A DNA stretch of 64,000 bases from the NCBI RefSeq assembly GCF_009914755.1, contig NC_060926.1; one strand, 5' to 3'. Positions 44,010 to 61,285 of this stretch are shown piece by piece. The notes under the pieces were generated by a model that had not been told where the DNA came from, searched no databases, and saw only the letters and a list, made by a program, of their open reading frames with translations. The translations under genes were made by a program, and so were the position numbers. Every line of letters begins with the position of its first letter. Position 1 is the stretch's first letter. This DNA is from the human T2T-CHM13v2.0 reference genome, Homo sapiens.

Positions 44010-44657
44010 ATTTCGATACTTTTATTTTAGATTCAGTGAGTAAATGTGCAGGTTTGTTACATGGGTATATTATGTGATGCTGAGGTTTGGAGTACAAAAG
44101 ATCTCATCACTCAGGTAGTGAGCATAGTACCTAACAGTTTTTCAACACTTGGCCCCATCGCTCCCTCTCCCCTCTAGATGTCCCTAGTGTCTATTGTCTA
44201 CAGCTTTATGGCCATGAGTACCCCATGTTTAGATCCCACTTATAAGTGAGAACATGCAGTATTGGGTTTTCTGTTCCTGCATTGATTCACTTAGGATGAT
44301 TGTCTCTTGCTGCATCCATGTTGCTGAAAAGCATGTGATTTTATTCTTTTTTATGGCTACATAGTATTCCATGGTGTATATGTACCAATTTCTTTATCCA
44401 GTCCACTGTTGATGGGCACCTATGTTGATTCCATGTCTTTGCTATGATGAATAGTGTTGAGATTAACATGCAAATGCATGTGTCTTTTTAGTAGAATGAT
44501 TTTTTCAATATATACCCAATAATGGGCTTTCTGGGTTGAATGATAGTACTAAGTTCTTTCAGAAATCTCCAAACTGCTTTCCACAGAGGCTAAATCAATT
44601 TACATTTCCACCAACAGTAGGCAAGCATTCCTTTTTCTCCACAGCCTTGCCAGCATC
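44010..44657 (-). mobile_element. 5'-truncated primate L1 3' end (old L1PA type)
   Basis: atgtgcaggtttgttacatgggtat; cccacttataagtgagaacatgcagtat; TSD-like tacaactc at 43991 and 44658. Confidence 0.9.
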
Positions 44658-46009
44658 TACAACTCCATTTTGTTTTTGTTTTCATGTGAGTACTTAGGAT
44701 AATGTCTTTCGCATTGTAGGCAATTGATGAATATGTGAAGCAGGAAAGAAAGACAATGTATTAGTTTTTACAATAATGGTTTCCAAGTCAAATATTATGT
44801 TTCCATCAGCTGTATCTCATACGTTTAAATATAGTTAAATGCTTCTGTGCAGAATTTTTTTTCTGGAATTTTCTGAAAACTTTATAGGCTTTTCCAAATT
44901 TCAAATCCTGTGAAAAATTATTCAATAAATCATGAAAACAGAAAAAAGTATTATAATTCTCATATGAAAAGTAAAGCTTACAAAGCAACATAAGAATGTT
45001 ACTGGTTCAAAGGAATTTAATAATTTACTGACAATAAATTGAAAACAAAAGTGGAAAAAGTGGACTAGAAGTCAACGATTAAGGTCAGATTTCTATGAGC
45101 CAGCACAAAAACATGTGGGAGAGAAGCCAACAATTTCTAATCAGTGTTATTTGTAACTGCCATATTATGTGTGTTTTTCTGGCTCTGTATGCTGCTAATG
45201 CTTAGTCATTCTTGCAAATGAAATAAACATTAATAAATACATGTGCACAGTATACTTTATATACAGTATACTCTGTTGTGTAGTTCCCCAAGAAATAGCA
45301 AGCTTTGGAAGCAAAAAAGTCCTTAGATTGGCAATTTTGAAAGAGATTCTGTGGAGTGCTATTAACCTTTTTAACTACAGACTACAGTTCTTTGTAAATA
45401 ATTTAACAGAAGACATGCAAAGAAGGAACATGATATTCTTTGTGAATATTGTGACTTGAAATTACAAACATCTGAAAATCTGAATTAGAAAAGCAATGGA
45501 GATTTTCATCAAACACACACAAATAAAATCAGTATCAGAGTAAGCCAACAAAATATTTGCATGAACCGATATATGCATTAACACCCAGTATAAAGAGGCT
45601 CTAAGATGCACTTACACATGTGACCAACTTCAACAAAAATTCAAAGACATTTCCTACACCTGGAATATTTGTCATGAAACAAAGATCAAGACTACGGGAG
45701 AGAGTAATTAATCCTTTGAGTTTTTTTTATTTTTTTTTACTTTTTATCTTAAGAATGATAGCTTTTAATATTAAATATTTGCAGTATAATCTTTTTTGGT
45801 TTTTACAAGGCCTTCTTTGGTATAAATGTTTCCTTTTTTCATATTTTATTGTTAAATGCCTTTATCAGGTAGAGATCATTTTCTATGTTTTGGAAGTAAC
45901 AAAATATATTTGTTAATAAACCATAAGTCACTGATGCTTGCTATCTAAACAGACATCATTCAAAAATGCTTAGTTGCACTATACATTATTACATGGTTTA
46001 ATAAGGCAT

Positions 46010-48440
<2,431 letters not shown>

Positions 48441-48680
48441 TTTATTTATTATTGGTAAATAAATGAGGCATTTATTTACCAAGACAATGTTTGTGTTCTA
48501 TGACCAGTTCTGAAAAAATGGAGTTAAATACATTTATCCAAAAAATGGATAAAAATACTAGATTATTATCCTGATGCACAACAGGAACCTGTTGTGCTGT
48601 ACTCATTTTGTTTAGTCACATGTTCACAAAAAAGAATTACAATTAGGAGTATTTTTTTTAAACATGAGCAAAAGCGATAT

Positions 48681-49264
48681 TGAAGCAGTTATGGTGTCTG
48701 GGGTAAATACCTGGGGTTCATCCTCTTGCACCAAGAAAATTTAGGACACAGACACATATGAGGAGTTTAGGAGCAGAGGTTTAATGGGAAAAGAAAAAGA
48801 AAAGAAAACAGCTCTCTCTCTCTCTAGGGAGAGGGAGGAGATTTCCAAGAGGAAAGGCCAGCTGGCAGCACATGTGGTGAATTTTATAGTCAGGCTCCAG
48901 TAGGCGGTGTCTGATTTATGTAGAGCTCACAGATTGGTTCCATCAGGTGTGACATTTACATAGCCCAGGGAAGGCTGGCCACCCTACCCTAATCTTATTA
49001 TGTAACTGAACTTTCCCCTTGGCCAGGGCCATCTTGTCTGCTCCTTACTGTACATGTGGCTGGCAGAGAAGGGAAGGTGGAGCCGCTATTTTGAACATGA
49101 TTGGCACAACTGCCAGCATCTATATCTGCAGCTTGATTTTACAGGCTGCTCTTTGTTAGAAAGGAACATGATTTGGGGCTACTTTTCATTAAAAGGAAAA
49201 CTGTACCGAAGACTTCCATACCCTCACTATCTGTGTAAGTAATTTCTTCTTCATTCCTGTACCA
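48681..49264 (-). mobile_element. LTR9/MER61-family ERV1 solo LTR
   Basis: tgaagcag...tctggggtaaatacc; right end cttccataccctcactatctgtgtaagtaatttcttc..ca; TSD atat. Confidence 0.85.
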
Positions 49265-49559
49265 ATATGAGATAGTCTGAGTTTGTGGGTAAGGGAATAA
49301 TTGCCATACTTCTTCTTTTACCTTAAGAAACTGGTCCTCTGTGCAACTTCATTTTGCATGTAGATGTAATTTGTTTGTCTGCAAGGGAATGTACATATTT
49401 TAAACTCACTGGCTCATAACGAATGCTTCTGGAGCACTAGGGAGTTAGGGGAAGTGGCAGGTTAGGCATAGAGAAGTATGTGCAGGTTTCAGCAAAGAGC
49501 AAGAAGAAATGTGCAAGCCTTTAGGGCCATAGTCAAGGAAGGAAGATGCATCAAGAAGT

Positions 49560-49790
49560 TAAAATAAGTTGCAATTTCAATCACCTAAGGCAATGAAGAT
49601 AAGGACTGAGAAGAAGCTACTGGGTTAATCATACAGTGGTTTGCTTGGAAATAAATATTTCACTGGAGTGATGGAAGTAGAGAAATAACTGCCCTAAGTT
49701 AATGAGTGAAAAGAAGAAGGTGAGAAAGTGGATATGATATGTACAGAGTTAACCTCCCAAAATTTTAGCTGTGAAGGGGAGGCGATGGAG
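49560..49790 (-). mobile_element. L2 fragment
   Basis: aagataaggactgagaa; tttcactggagtgatggaag; aattttagctgtgaaggg. Confidence 0.55.
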
Positions 49791-51429
49791 GATTTCTGGA
49801 AGAGTAGAGAAGGTTCTGGAAGTTTCCCAAAATCTTGATATTCCCATCTATACAGATAGAATATTAAAAACACATTCTCCATAGTTTTATTATGGTCACT
49901 GAGTGAGATCATCTCTTTATTTATTCCATTTCATCATATAACATAGTAAAAACTTGAGTGTTAAGTATTACTATTTTTAATTTTTGACAATTTGGGATGA
50001 AAAGCACTATTTCATTACTTTTAAAATTTTTGTTTCTTTGATTACCGGTTTGTTATTAGTTTATCAGATCCATGGATTTCTTCTGTGAATTAAGAGTCTA
50101 TCTCATTTGCCTATTTTTTTCTGAGTTTTATTTTGCTTATTATTTTCAGAAGGTTTTTTTATTAAAAACATTTTGTTTATATATTCTTCTGCCTGTGTCT
50201 TTTCACACTGCACATGGAAGGACACTATTTTTCACATGCTTTTACTTTTTCTTCTAACTTCACCACCTCCTGCGCTTTCTTAAAATGGAATTTTAATTAC
50301 GAATGATAATTATTTTTACATTAGGCCTTTAAGTACTTAGAAATAATTTCTTAGCAACTATTTTAGGTTTTATAATCCTATTATCCCCCCATATGTTTAT
50401 ATTCTACAAGTAATATAAATTTTATTAGTCAGCTCTGTGCCCTGTTGGCCCTTTTATTCTAAAGGTGAATTTAAGTTCTTTGCACCATGACATTTTCTTT
50501 TTTTTAAAAAAAGTCTTTGATAATCTCATCTTTGGCAAATTGTTGTATGAATTTCTAGAACTCCTATTAGATGAATGTTGGAATTTTTAGATTTATCTTC
50601 CAAGTTTCATTATTTTTCTTCTAATATCTTTTGTTTCCTTCACACAAGTTTCCACCTTATAAATCACATTCTCACTACGTATATTATTTATAGCACTCAT
50701 CTACTCTTTATTATTTTGTTTCTATAACAATATTTTAAAACTCCAAGAACTGTTGTTGAGAGGCTTCTATTTTACTATTAACCACTTTATTTTCATTTAT
50801 TTTTCTTTTCCTCCTCTTCATCTTCACCTCTTGCTTCTGCTCTTCCTCATCATCCTCTTCCCCCACTTCTTCTTTTTTTTAAACAAATTACATCTCAATT
50901 CTTGATGAGGAGTGAGGACTGTTTATGTGGAGGTTTCCCTTTTTCCACTTTATTAATTTTGCTTTCTTAGAGTTTGTTTGCGTGTGATATCTCTTCTTAG
51001 GCTGTGATTCTTGTTTGTCTGTAAATATTTGTGGATAGTCGAAGTAGAATATATTACTAGCTCAAGTCTATTTTCTCATTTTTCAGGGAATCCCTGGAAA
51101 GAAATGAAGCTTCACACTCAGAATATCACATTTAGTGATTTCAGGAGACCAGCAGAATAGGAATTAAGCTGGAACTCCTATACAGTTTATTTTCTAGGTT
51201 TGGGACCTCTGCGTACCTCCTGTGGCTTTATGGTACCTGGTATTGTTTCCCCAGACCATGAGTCTCCAGTGTTGGAGTGCCCACTTCAGAAGTCTGTGTG
51301 TTTTGCTTCATCCTGAGGTAAACACTGCTTAGTATGTGCATCCTGGTGGTGGTTGTGATGGTGGGGACTAGCTCAGCCATTCTCCCTGTGTGGCTACTGA
51401 CAGGTAAAAGGAAATCAGTGTAAGTAACT

Positions 51430-51549
51430 AGATTGGGGAGTTAATGATGATATCCACTTGGACATACTGTGTGGAGCCTGTTGGGAATCCAGGTGACAAA
51501 TCCAGCCAGAATATAAAAATACAGATGTATAGCTCTAGCAAGACACACA

Positions 51550-51590
<41 letters not shown>

Positions 51591-51700
51591 TGTGTAGAGA
51601 TGTACTGGAAGTCATCAGCATGAAGGATATGTATGATATCCCGTAGAGAAAAAATTCCAAACAAAAAAGAAAACACTAAAATGAACAGAAAGTAAGGAAA
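51430..51700 (-). mobile_element. L2 fragment containing a (CA)n(GA)n compound microsatellite (51543-51590)
   Basis: ttggacatactg...gagcctgttgggaatccaggt...ggaagtcatcagcat. Confidence 0.65.
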
Positions 51701-52104
51701 TGCATCCTTTTGGAAAATGAAGAAATCAGAAAAATGTGGTAAGCAATGTGGAATTAGAGAAAGAATTAAAAAATTTAAGAGAGCTAGAGAAACTAGAGAA
51801 GACATAAGTGCTCACAATGACAACTCTATGTGGATGACATCTTACCCTTTAAAATATTAGGTAAATACCACATACATAAAATATAGTAATATTTAACTTT
51901 TCTCTTCAAAAATCTTAACATTCTTCCTTTCCTGTTTTTGTTGTTCTTAAAAGATTTGTTTCTCCTACATTTTGACATAAATTTAATACTTCATGTCTAA
52001 ATAAGGGGTCCCATAGAAAGTAGAAACCTGTGCATAAAAATTGTCACTGAAGTGTGCTTTCATCACAGTACAGAAGATTCTAAATATTGTAAATGTTTAG
52101 TAGA

Positions 52105-52235
52105 TACTATATATATGTAGTATATATACACTATATATATAGTATTGTATATATATAGTATAGTGTATATATAGTGTATATATATGTGTGTATATGTATA
52201 TACACATACACACACACACACACATATATATATAG
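52105..52235. repeat. (TA)n/(CA)n low-complexity tract
   Basis: Directly visible. Confidence 0.9.
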
Positions 52236-53424
52236 ACACAAAGGCATCAGAGACTTAGAGTAAAAACCTGATGCAGAAAAATGAGTGGAAGATAGAGATA
52301 GTCATGAAAAGGCAAGAAGAAATGTTAAAGTCAGAGAGAATAAGAGAGAAAGGGGAAGGAAGGTGAAATCAAGGTGAGTATTGAAGATGATACAAATGTG
52401 GAGATCAAAACAAAACAAAAAAAAACCTGATCTGTGGGCTGAAAAGCCTCATAGATGAAATAAACAATTTAAGATTTTTTTCTTAAAAGTTAGATATATT
52501 CATTTTTTCTGAGTTATGAAACATTTGATTTTCTGTGAAAGACGGTTCTCTCACTCTCTGTTTTTCTGGCTCACAGTTTCTTTCTGAACCTAAAATTCCA
52601 TCACAATTTTAAAAGCAAAACAAAAACTGTTCAATAATATTATTTTTCTTTTGTTTATTTGTGAGGATTGCTTAGTCACCTAATTCAATCATACGCAAAC
52701 TTAACTATAATGTTGGCAGATTAATTTCAAAATCCAGCTGAAAGGCAGAAATTTTTGTGATACAGTCAGCAACACTTCTTTCTCCTGCACTATTTCACTG
52801 ACATCGCAGTGCATTGACCAAGCCACCTTGATGGCAGTCTATTTTTAGGGTCCTCTCCTTACACAGCCAGACCCTAAGCCATGGCTCACCATCAGCAAAA
52901 CAGACTGGGTGATTCAGGCTCCACTCTTTCCTCCTTCTAGGTCAGTCCCTTCCCAGGGGTTTAGTATGAGCTACAGAGAAATTCCCACCAAGAACAAAAC
53001 TAATTCTCACTAAGACTTTACGTCGTAAAAGGTTAAGATATTAACTCTTCCAGGAGGTGGTTCAAAGGCCGAAGACATAAATAAGTTGAATTCACATTTA
53101 TGAAAGGCACTCAGGGATATTTTGTTTATGAGACCTTGCACTATGATCCTTTAACTCAGCTGATAATAACAGCTTCTTATAGGCAAACAAAAGGCTTATC
53201 CTTTTAGAAACATCATAATACCAAAAGCCTTGATTTTTTAGTGGGGAGCAGTGGTCAAGTTTTCCTGCCTCCAAAAGGAATAGAACTTGGTCCTGAAATG
53301 TAGCACTCAGCCCCATTAAAATGCCTTCTAGGAAAAATCCGACTTGCCTCCTCTCATCTTGCTGAATTTATCTTCTCTCTACTCATCTGCATTATCAATT
53401 CAGCTGGATTTCCATCACCTTTGA

Positions 53425-53734
<310 letters not shown>

Positions 53735-54019
53735 CTTTTATATATCTTAATGTCTGGGACCCTCTACTCTAGCCCGTGGTTTATGGTTTGTTTTCCCCTG
53801 GTTTTTGTTCTCAGATGCAATTATACTAGATACCTCTTCAGAGGACTTGTCCCCCTGAATGGTATTTATGTCTCTAAACCAAATGCAACTCCTGAAATGC
53901 CAACATTTCCAATCACCCAGTTTTCTACCAAAATAGTTTTTCTACCTGCCTACTTGGTAACCACCTGAATATCTGCCCAACACATTTGCCTGTATTTGCT
54001 GTCTCCACCTTGCCTTGTT

Positions 54020-54610
54020 CTATTGTTTCTTGAGCCCAATTCTGCCAGGCATTGTTCCCAACACCACACTAAAAGCAGCTTTCTTCAACTTCACCAACTA
54101 CTACACTTTTCTGAAGCCAATGGCCAATTTTCAAGGCTCAACTCACTTGTCCTAAACCACATGTGTCACAGCTGGTAACTCCTTCCTTCCTGAAACACTT
54201 TCTTCTGTAGCTTCCACTTCCTCACTATTCTCCTTCTGCCTCAATTGGTGACACTTCTCATTCTGCTTCACAGGCTCCTCATACCTGTGCCTCTAAGCGT
54301 TAAACATCCCCAGGCCTCCTCTCTTCTTTAAACATTCCCTCTGCTATGATGCTTTCACTCAGTCTCATGTTTATAAATTCTATTTACATACCACCAACTC
54401 CCAAATCTACGTCCACAGCCTAGAACACTCCCTGAACTCGTGTCTCCAACTGCCTGCGTGCCCTCTCCACATATGTCCTAAATAGCTGTCTCTAAATTAA
54501 CATGCCCAAAATTAAGCAGCTTACTCCGACTCCCACCAAAATCTCCTTTAGCGATTTTACACTTCAGTAAGTGGACACTCCAAAGTCACTCTAAATCAGC
54601 ACCTTAGGAA
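54020..54610 (+). mobile_element. L2 ORF-region fragment
   Basis: ccttcctgaaacactttcttct; ccaactcccaaatctac..ccacagcctagaac; tgtctccaactgcct. Confidence 0.75.
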
Positions 54611-54668
54611 CTGGGCTAGCTGCTGTATCTTCAGAACAGCTCTGGCTTTTTGCCAGCCCATTTTGCTA

Positions 54669-56326
54669 CAGCATGCCTCCCAGTAGTGTAATTTTCTTCA
54701 ACGATATGTTGATAAGAAAAAATACATATAGTGTCTGCAAGGCTGTGGCCGGAATCGGTGGGTTCTTGGTCTCACTGACTTCAACAATGAAGCCGCGGAT
54801 CCTCGTGGTGAATGTTACAGTTCTTAAAGATGGTGTGTCCAGAGTTTGTTCCTTCTGATGTTTGGACGTGTTCCGAGTTTCTTCCTTCTGATGGGTTCGT
54901 GGTCTTGCTGGCTTCAGGAGTGAAGGTGCAGACCTTCACAGTGAGTGTTACAGCTCTTAAAGCGTCATGTCTGGAGTTGTTCATTCCTCCCATCCAGAGT
55001 TGTTCATTCCTCCCAGTGGGTTTGTGGTCTCGCTGGCTTCAGAAGTGAAGCTGCAGACCTTTGAAGTGAGTGTAGCAGCTCATAAAGGCAGTGTGGACCC
55101 AGAGAGTGAGCAACAGCAAGATTTATTGCGAAGAGCAAAAGAACAAACCTCCCACGTTATGGAAAAGGACCCCAGTGGGTTGCCACTGCTGGCTCGGACA
55201 GCCTGCTTTTATTCCCTTATCTGGCCCCACCCACATCCTGCTGATTGGTCCATTTTACAGAGAGCTGATTGGTCTGTTTTACGGAGAGCTGATTGGTCCA
55301 TTTTGACAGGGTGCTGATTGGTGCGTTTACAATCCCTGAGCTAGACACAAAAGTTCTCCAAGTCCCCACTAGATTAGCTAGACAGAGAGCACTGATAGGT
55401 GCATTTACAAACCTTCAGCTAGACTCAGGGTGCTGACTGGTGTGTTTACAAACCTTGAGCTAGACACAGAGTGCTGATTGGTGTATTTACAATCCCTTAG
55501 TTAGACATACAGGTTCTCCAAGTCCCCACTAGACTTAGGAGCCCAGCTGGCTTCACCTAGTGGATCCCGCATGGGAGCTGCAAGTGGAGCTGCCCGCCAG
55601 TCTGGCGCCGTGCGCCCGCACTCCTCAGCCCTTGGGCAGTCAATGGGATTGGGTTCTGGGGAGCAGGGGGTGACACTCATCAGGGAGGCTCCAGCTGCAT
55701 GCTGGAGCCCACAGCAGGGTGGAGGCTCGGGCATGGTGGGCTGCAGGTCCCAAGCCCTGCCCTGCGGGGAGGCAGCTGAGGCCTGGCGAGAATTTGAGCA
55801 CAGCGTCTGTGGGCCGGCACTGCTGGGGGACCCGGTGCACCCTCCACAGCTGCTGGCCCGGGTGCTAAGCCCCTCACTGCCCGGGGTGGCAGCGCTGGCC
55901 AGCTGCTCTGAGTGCTGGGCCTCAGAGCCCATGCCCACCAGGAACTCACGCTGGCCCGCGAGCACCATGTGCAGCCCCAGTTCCCGCCCACACCTCTCCC
56001 TCCACACCTCCCCGCAAGCAGAGGGAGCTGGCTCCGGCCTCGGCCAGCCCACAGATGGGCTCCCACAGTGCAGTGGTGGAGTGAAGGGCTCCTCGAGCAT
56101 GGCCAAAGTGGGCACCGAGGCCAAGGAGGCACCGAGAGTGAGCGAGGGCTGCCAGCACGCTGTCATCTCTCAATGCCACTGTCTGAGTGGCAATTGCGTG
56201 TTCTCTTCATGTCTGTGTGGGTTTTCTCTGGGTATTCCAGTTTCCTCCCCTACATCCCAAAGCTGTGCACATGAGGTGAACTGCCATGTCTATATGGTTC
56301 CTATATGAGTGAGTGTGGGTGTGTGT
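54669..56326 (+). mobile_element. MER6 DNA transposon, 5' part (54669-54743 plus 56173-56326), split by LTR12
   Basis: ta|cagc..ttcaacga..gttgataagaaaaaa; ccactgtctg...atgtctgtgtgggttttctctgggtattccagtttcctccc..catcccaaag. Confidence 0.8.
54744..56172 (-). mobile_element. LTR12 (ERV9) solo LTR, ~1.43 kb
   Basis: tgtggccggaatcggtgggttcttggtctcactgacttc...cagcacgctgtcatctctca; repeated ctgattgg/agctagac units; TSD aggc/atgc. Confidence 0.95.
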
Positions 56327-56334
56327 CATAGATA

Positions 56335-56572
56335 AGAGATAGCAGAAGAATTGAGAGATGAGTCAGCCCAAGGCAAAGAATGTCTCTTTTTATGAAAATT
56401 GGGAGATGTAAAACTGAAACCTAACAGAAAACACTTTCCAAATCACATAAAACATCACTTATCAATTGAGCTAAAAGAACTGCAGCTATAATCAATTATG
56501 GATACCACAGGACAGTGGACAGAAATGATATTGAAAAGAGAGACAAAGAAAAAATTGGGACACTTTTTACTC
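56335..56572. repeat. Left arm of a diverged ~240-bp inverted duplication (partner 57546-57790)
   Basis: Colinear reverse-complement blocks, e.g. aagaatgtctcttt.tatgaaaa, cagaaaacactttcca, aacatcacttatc, gagagacaaagaaaa. Confidence 0.9.
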
Positions 56573-56866
56573 TATAGTCTGTATTTGACTATAAACATCT
56601 AATATAACATTTGTGGCAGCAAAAGGATAGGGTTGTACAAGGTACCCTTACTGATGTAGGGCACTGATGAGGTTGAAGGTGAGATGGCCCTGACTGTGGG
56701 GTATCCAATTGCATATGTGTGTAAGGGGTCCCAAAACAGGAGGCATGAGAAAGGTGACAAAATTGATTTAGGATTAGACCTAAAAATTTAAAAATATGTG
56801 CTAGGCTTTGTTTTTTTTTAGCCCTTAGTAACAACAGAGAGCATGTCTGAGGGATCTCCACTTTTA

Positions 56867-57545
<679 letters not shown>

Positions 57546-57790
57546 ATCTAAAAGTTTCCCAATATTTTTCTTTGTCTCTCTCTTTAATATTATTTTTGTC
57601 CACTGGCTTATAGCATCCATAAGTGACTATATGCAGTTCTTTTACCTCGCAGAGACATAAATAGATAAGTGATGTTATCTGTGCATGGAAAGTGTTTTCT
57701 GGCTGGGTTTAGTTTTAGGTCTTCCGCTTTTCATAGAAAGAGACATTCTTCGCCATGCATTGTCTCATCTCTAATTTTATCTGCCATCTA
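57546..57790. repeat. Right arm of the inverted duplication
   Basis: Reverse complement aligns by eye with 56335-56572. Confidence 0.9.
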
Positions 57791-57807
57791 TTAAAAAAAG
57801 ATAACTG

Positions 57808-58120
57808 GGCTGGTGCGGTGGCTCACGCCTATAATCCCAGCACTTTGGGAGGCTGAGGCGGTCGGATCACGAGGTCAGGAGATCAAGACCATCCCGGCCA
57901 ACACAGTGAAACCATGTCTCTACTAAAAATACAAAAAAAAAAAAAAATTAGCTGGGCTTAGTGGCGTCCCAGCTACTCGGGAGGCTGAGGCAGAAGAATG
58001 GCGTGAACCCGGGAGGTGGAGCTTGCAGTGAGATCGCGCCACTCCACTCCAGCCTGGGTGACAGAGTGAGACTCCGTCTCTAAAAAAATAAATAAATAAA
58101 TACAAATAAATAAATAAAAT
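57808..58120 (+). mobile_element. AluY with small internal deletions and an (AAAT)n tail
   Basis: gaatggcgtgaacccgggagg; TSD aaaagataactg. Confidence 0.95.
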
Positions 58121-59067
58121 AAAAAGATAACTGATGAACCCAGAAAAACAAGTTTCGGTCAACTGTCAGATAAAAAGGGATTGTATTATGCTTTTTGTTT
58201 GGAGAAGACAGAATATTTAATGTTCTATTTCATCACTGCAGGAGAAAAATAATCTTGCCAGGGCTCTGTGAGGGGAAAATTCTGATACGCATTTGCCTCT
58301 TTTGAGTTATCAAAGTTACTGCTAAGTGCCACAAAGTCTGAGTCTCACCCTCCTAAAGAGACAAAAGTGGCATTCAGTGGTACACATGCATTTCTGGAAT
58401 TGCCATAGGTGTCATAACTATTACCCTTCACATGAAAGCAGCATAGACGGAAGAAGATACCTGTAGGCTTACCAGGGGAGGTTGCTGCTGGAGAGTTGGG
58501 AGAGGGGCTTCCCAGGGGTCATCTAAGCCCTTTCCCTGTCTTCAAGAATAACTTCACATAAACTGTCCCCTGCAGATGGGAACATTCTCTCTATTTTAAT
58601 GTTTCCAAACAACAGATAGGTTCACTTTTTTGCAGGACTGTAAGGAGGGGTTCATTCATGATTTTTCTTTATTGCTGAGAGACAAAAAACCTAGATACCT
58701 AGATACATATATCTTACCCATAAGATACTATAAGATCTTCGTGAACAGAAATGACTTATCCCCATAAAAGCTAAGTCTATTCTGTCCCTATTCAATAGCC
58801 AATATTAAAGATGATAATCAAATCTATACTACTTACAGCTAAAATTACAAATAGGTAAATCTAAACGTGTCATTGTAGTAGAGCCGCCTCTCCAATACCA
58901 TGAACTTTATTTGGCTTAGTTGGGTATAGAAAATAGAAATATACAGTGGCAATGCAGATATATATGGCTCTTTCCTGATGGTGTTTTGAGGACAGTACTA
59001 TTTGTCCCTGAGATCTTTCTTCTGCCTGGCTGATCTGGTAGCCTGTATATTAATTTCAACTTATTTA

Positions 59068-59071
<4 letters not shown>

Positions 59072-59102
<31 letters not shown>
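59072..59102 (+). repeat. Pure A31 tract
   Basis: Directly visible. Confidence 0.95.
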
Positions 59103-59106
<4 letters not shown>

Positions 59107-60352
59107 TGAAGCTAAGGCCCATCTGAAACAATGTTATTAAAAATGTGTGAACAAGGACTTCAGCCCATTTGTTGTATTCATAAAGGGTGGCTTCACAACC
59201 TCCACCCCCTTTACAAAATTTAGTTCACAGAGTTTTGACAGTCATGCAGTCTTTTTCTGAAGTATTTCCAAAAGTGAGACAAGAAAAAAAACTCATATTG
59301 AAACAATATTTGTGTGTTTTCGATAGCAGCTAATTACCTCTATGCTGGTTTGAGTTATCACCAGGCTATTTCAGGAGGGTCCAGTGCAAATCAGCAGCTG
59401 GTGAGGCATCTCCTCAAAGTTCTTTGGCTTCTAGCTCCTCAGTGTCCATTAGCTTACTGTTTCACTAAAAGGGGGATGGAGGGCATCTGGTACAAACTTT
59501 TACTGGATGACTGCTCAGGAGAAGAACTACTCGGGCCATACCTTCAAAAGCTTGCTAATAAAATGAAGTTACTGGAAGTTAATTAATTTTCCTTTTACAG
59601 GACAGAGAATGGAGCCTGACACATAATAGATGTTTAATACATTTTCACTGATAAACTGAATAAATGAATTTATGATTATTCAGGAATTGGTGCTTTTTTA
59701 TGCTTAAATGTTATTCCCCCCCGCTCCCCCCAACCTCCCGCCCAGTGTTCTGGTGATTAACTGTTTTGGTTGCTGTGTGCAAAGGGCCTAACAGTGGAAA
59801 AGAGAGACAGACCCTCTGATGGCATGCTATTTGAGGAATACAATTAATTCTAAGGAGTTCTACTCTGCAAAGTTCAAGTTCACTGCTTTTGCAGAATTTG
59901 GATGTGGGGAAATATGAAATGATTTTGACAACCGATCTGATTCTTCTAAGAGTTTAGTTTCACAACAGCTCTTGATAGTTTAAAAGAGGAAAGCATGGGG
60001 TATAGTAATTTAGCCATGGCTAAGACGTGACTAAGACACCTACATTTTCTTCATTGGAAAGAAAGATCTGTCAGTGTTAACTAGTTGACTCCTTTCCTCT
60101 CTGCTTCTCTTAGTGTGGACCTCTGTGCTTGTTTCCTGACGAAAACAAGACTGCCCACAGAGTACTCTCCTCAACCCTGTTAGTCACAGCCTCCCTACCT
60201 CCCCAGCCCCATTGCCTAGCACTCTTTCTTCTCTGTCATACCAGCAGCTCTGATCTCCTGGGCTCTCCAGACCCAAGTCCTTCTTCTCATCTCACCACTA
60301 GCATCACTTCTTTTTCTGCTCCTTGGATAAACTCAGATCTGTCATTATAGGC

Positions 60353-61252
60353 TGTAGTGAATTCCTATCATTTTACCTTGCTTTGGCATATTTTGAATAT
60401 AAGCTAGATTTTCTCATCCCAGAAGCAGGGGCTGTCACTCTTGACACAATTCCCAGTTCTTGACCTCCTTCCAATTCCTCACTGTGATAAATCCAGATAT
60501 CTGCCTTATATAATCACCTCCTGGTGACTACTTCTCTCTAGGACACAACCTACTTGACTCGCACCACTGACCCCCACACCTTGCATAGACTGAGAAGATA
60601 TATAACAATGGCCACCTCTCCATCTGATTCTAGACTGATTCTAGTTCCTAGAATCTCAGCATGATTCTAAGGAACTCATTCCAGCTTGCTCTAAACCCAC
60701 CAATCTTGACTCCTTATAAGAAACATGTTTGGGTAACACCCTGGAGGCCAATAAAAGCTTCAGCCCACAGGTCTCTTGTTTTCTCTCTTGCTCCCCACCC
60801 ACTAGCTGAGCGTGCTTGTCCCCTGTGGTTCCCCACTTCCCATTAACCCTGTGAAGTGTGCTGTCCTCTTCCCTCTGAGGTCTGTAGGTAATAAACCACC
60901 TCTGTTATTTTATGTGTTTTGTTCACTTGCTTTCTCTGTCTCACCTGACTGATATACCTGAATATAGCTTCTTTGCTCATCAGGGCTCTCCCAGAGGGTG
61001 ACTATTTTGCTTGGAGTCAATTGGACACAGGTAAGACAACAGCCACAATGGTGTCTAGCAGGATATTCCTGTGAGTGGGACACTTGGTCACAGGTCAAAT
61101 GCTTAGGCATTAGGCTATCCACCAGGATTAAAAAAAATGTATTTTGTGAAAAGCATATTGTAAAAATCCACAATCAAATCCCTGGAGCCCCATAAGAGCA
61201 GAGCTAGAGTTCATAGCCACCTTCGTGAAGAAACTCTCACTACTAAATTAGA

Positions 61253-61255
<3 letters not shown>
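60353..61255. mobile_element. MER21-like solo LTR inserted in an L2 remnant
   Basis: tgtagtgaattcctatcatttt...cagaagcagggg...cttgacacaattcccagttc; L2-like flanks at 60130-60350 and 61290-61545. Confidence 0.7.

Positions 61256-61285
<30 letters not shown>

Noticed and set aside
55501-56308. Longest ORFs in the window (221 aa on -, 245 aa on +, and overlapping ones)
   Set aside because: They lie almost entirely in the GC-rich part of LTR12, where stops are rare; several frames on both strands are open and no protein family is recognisable.
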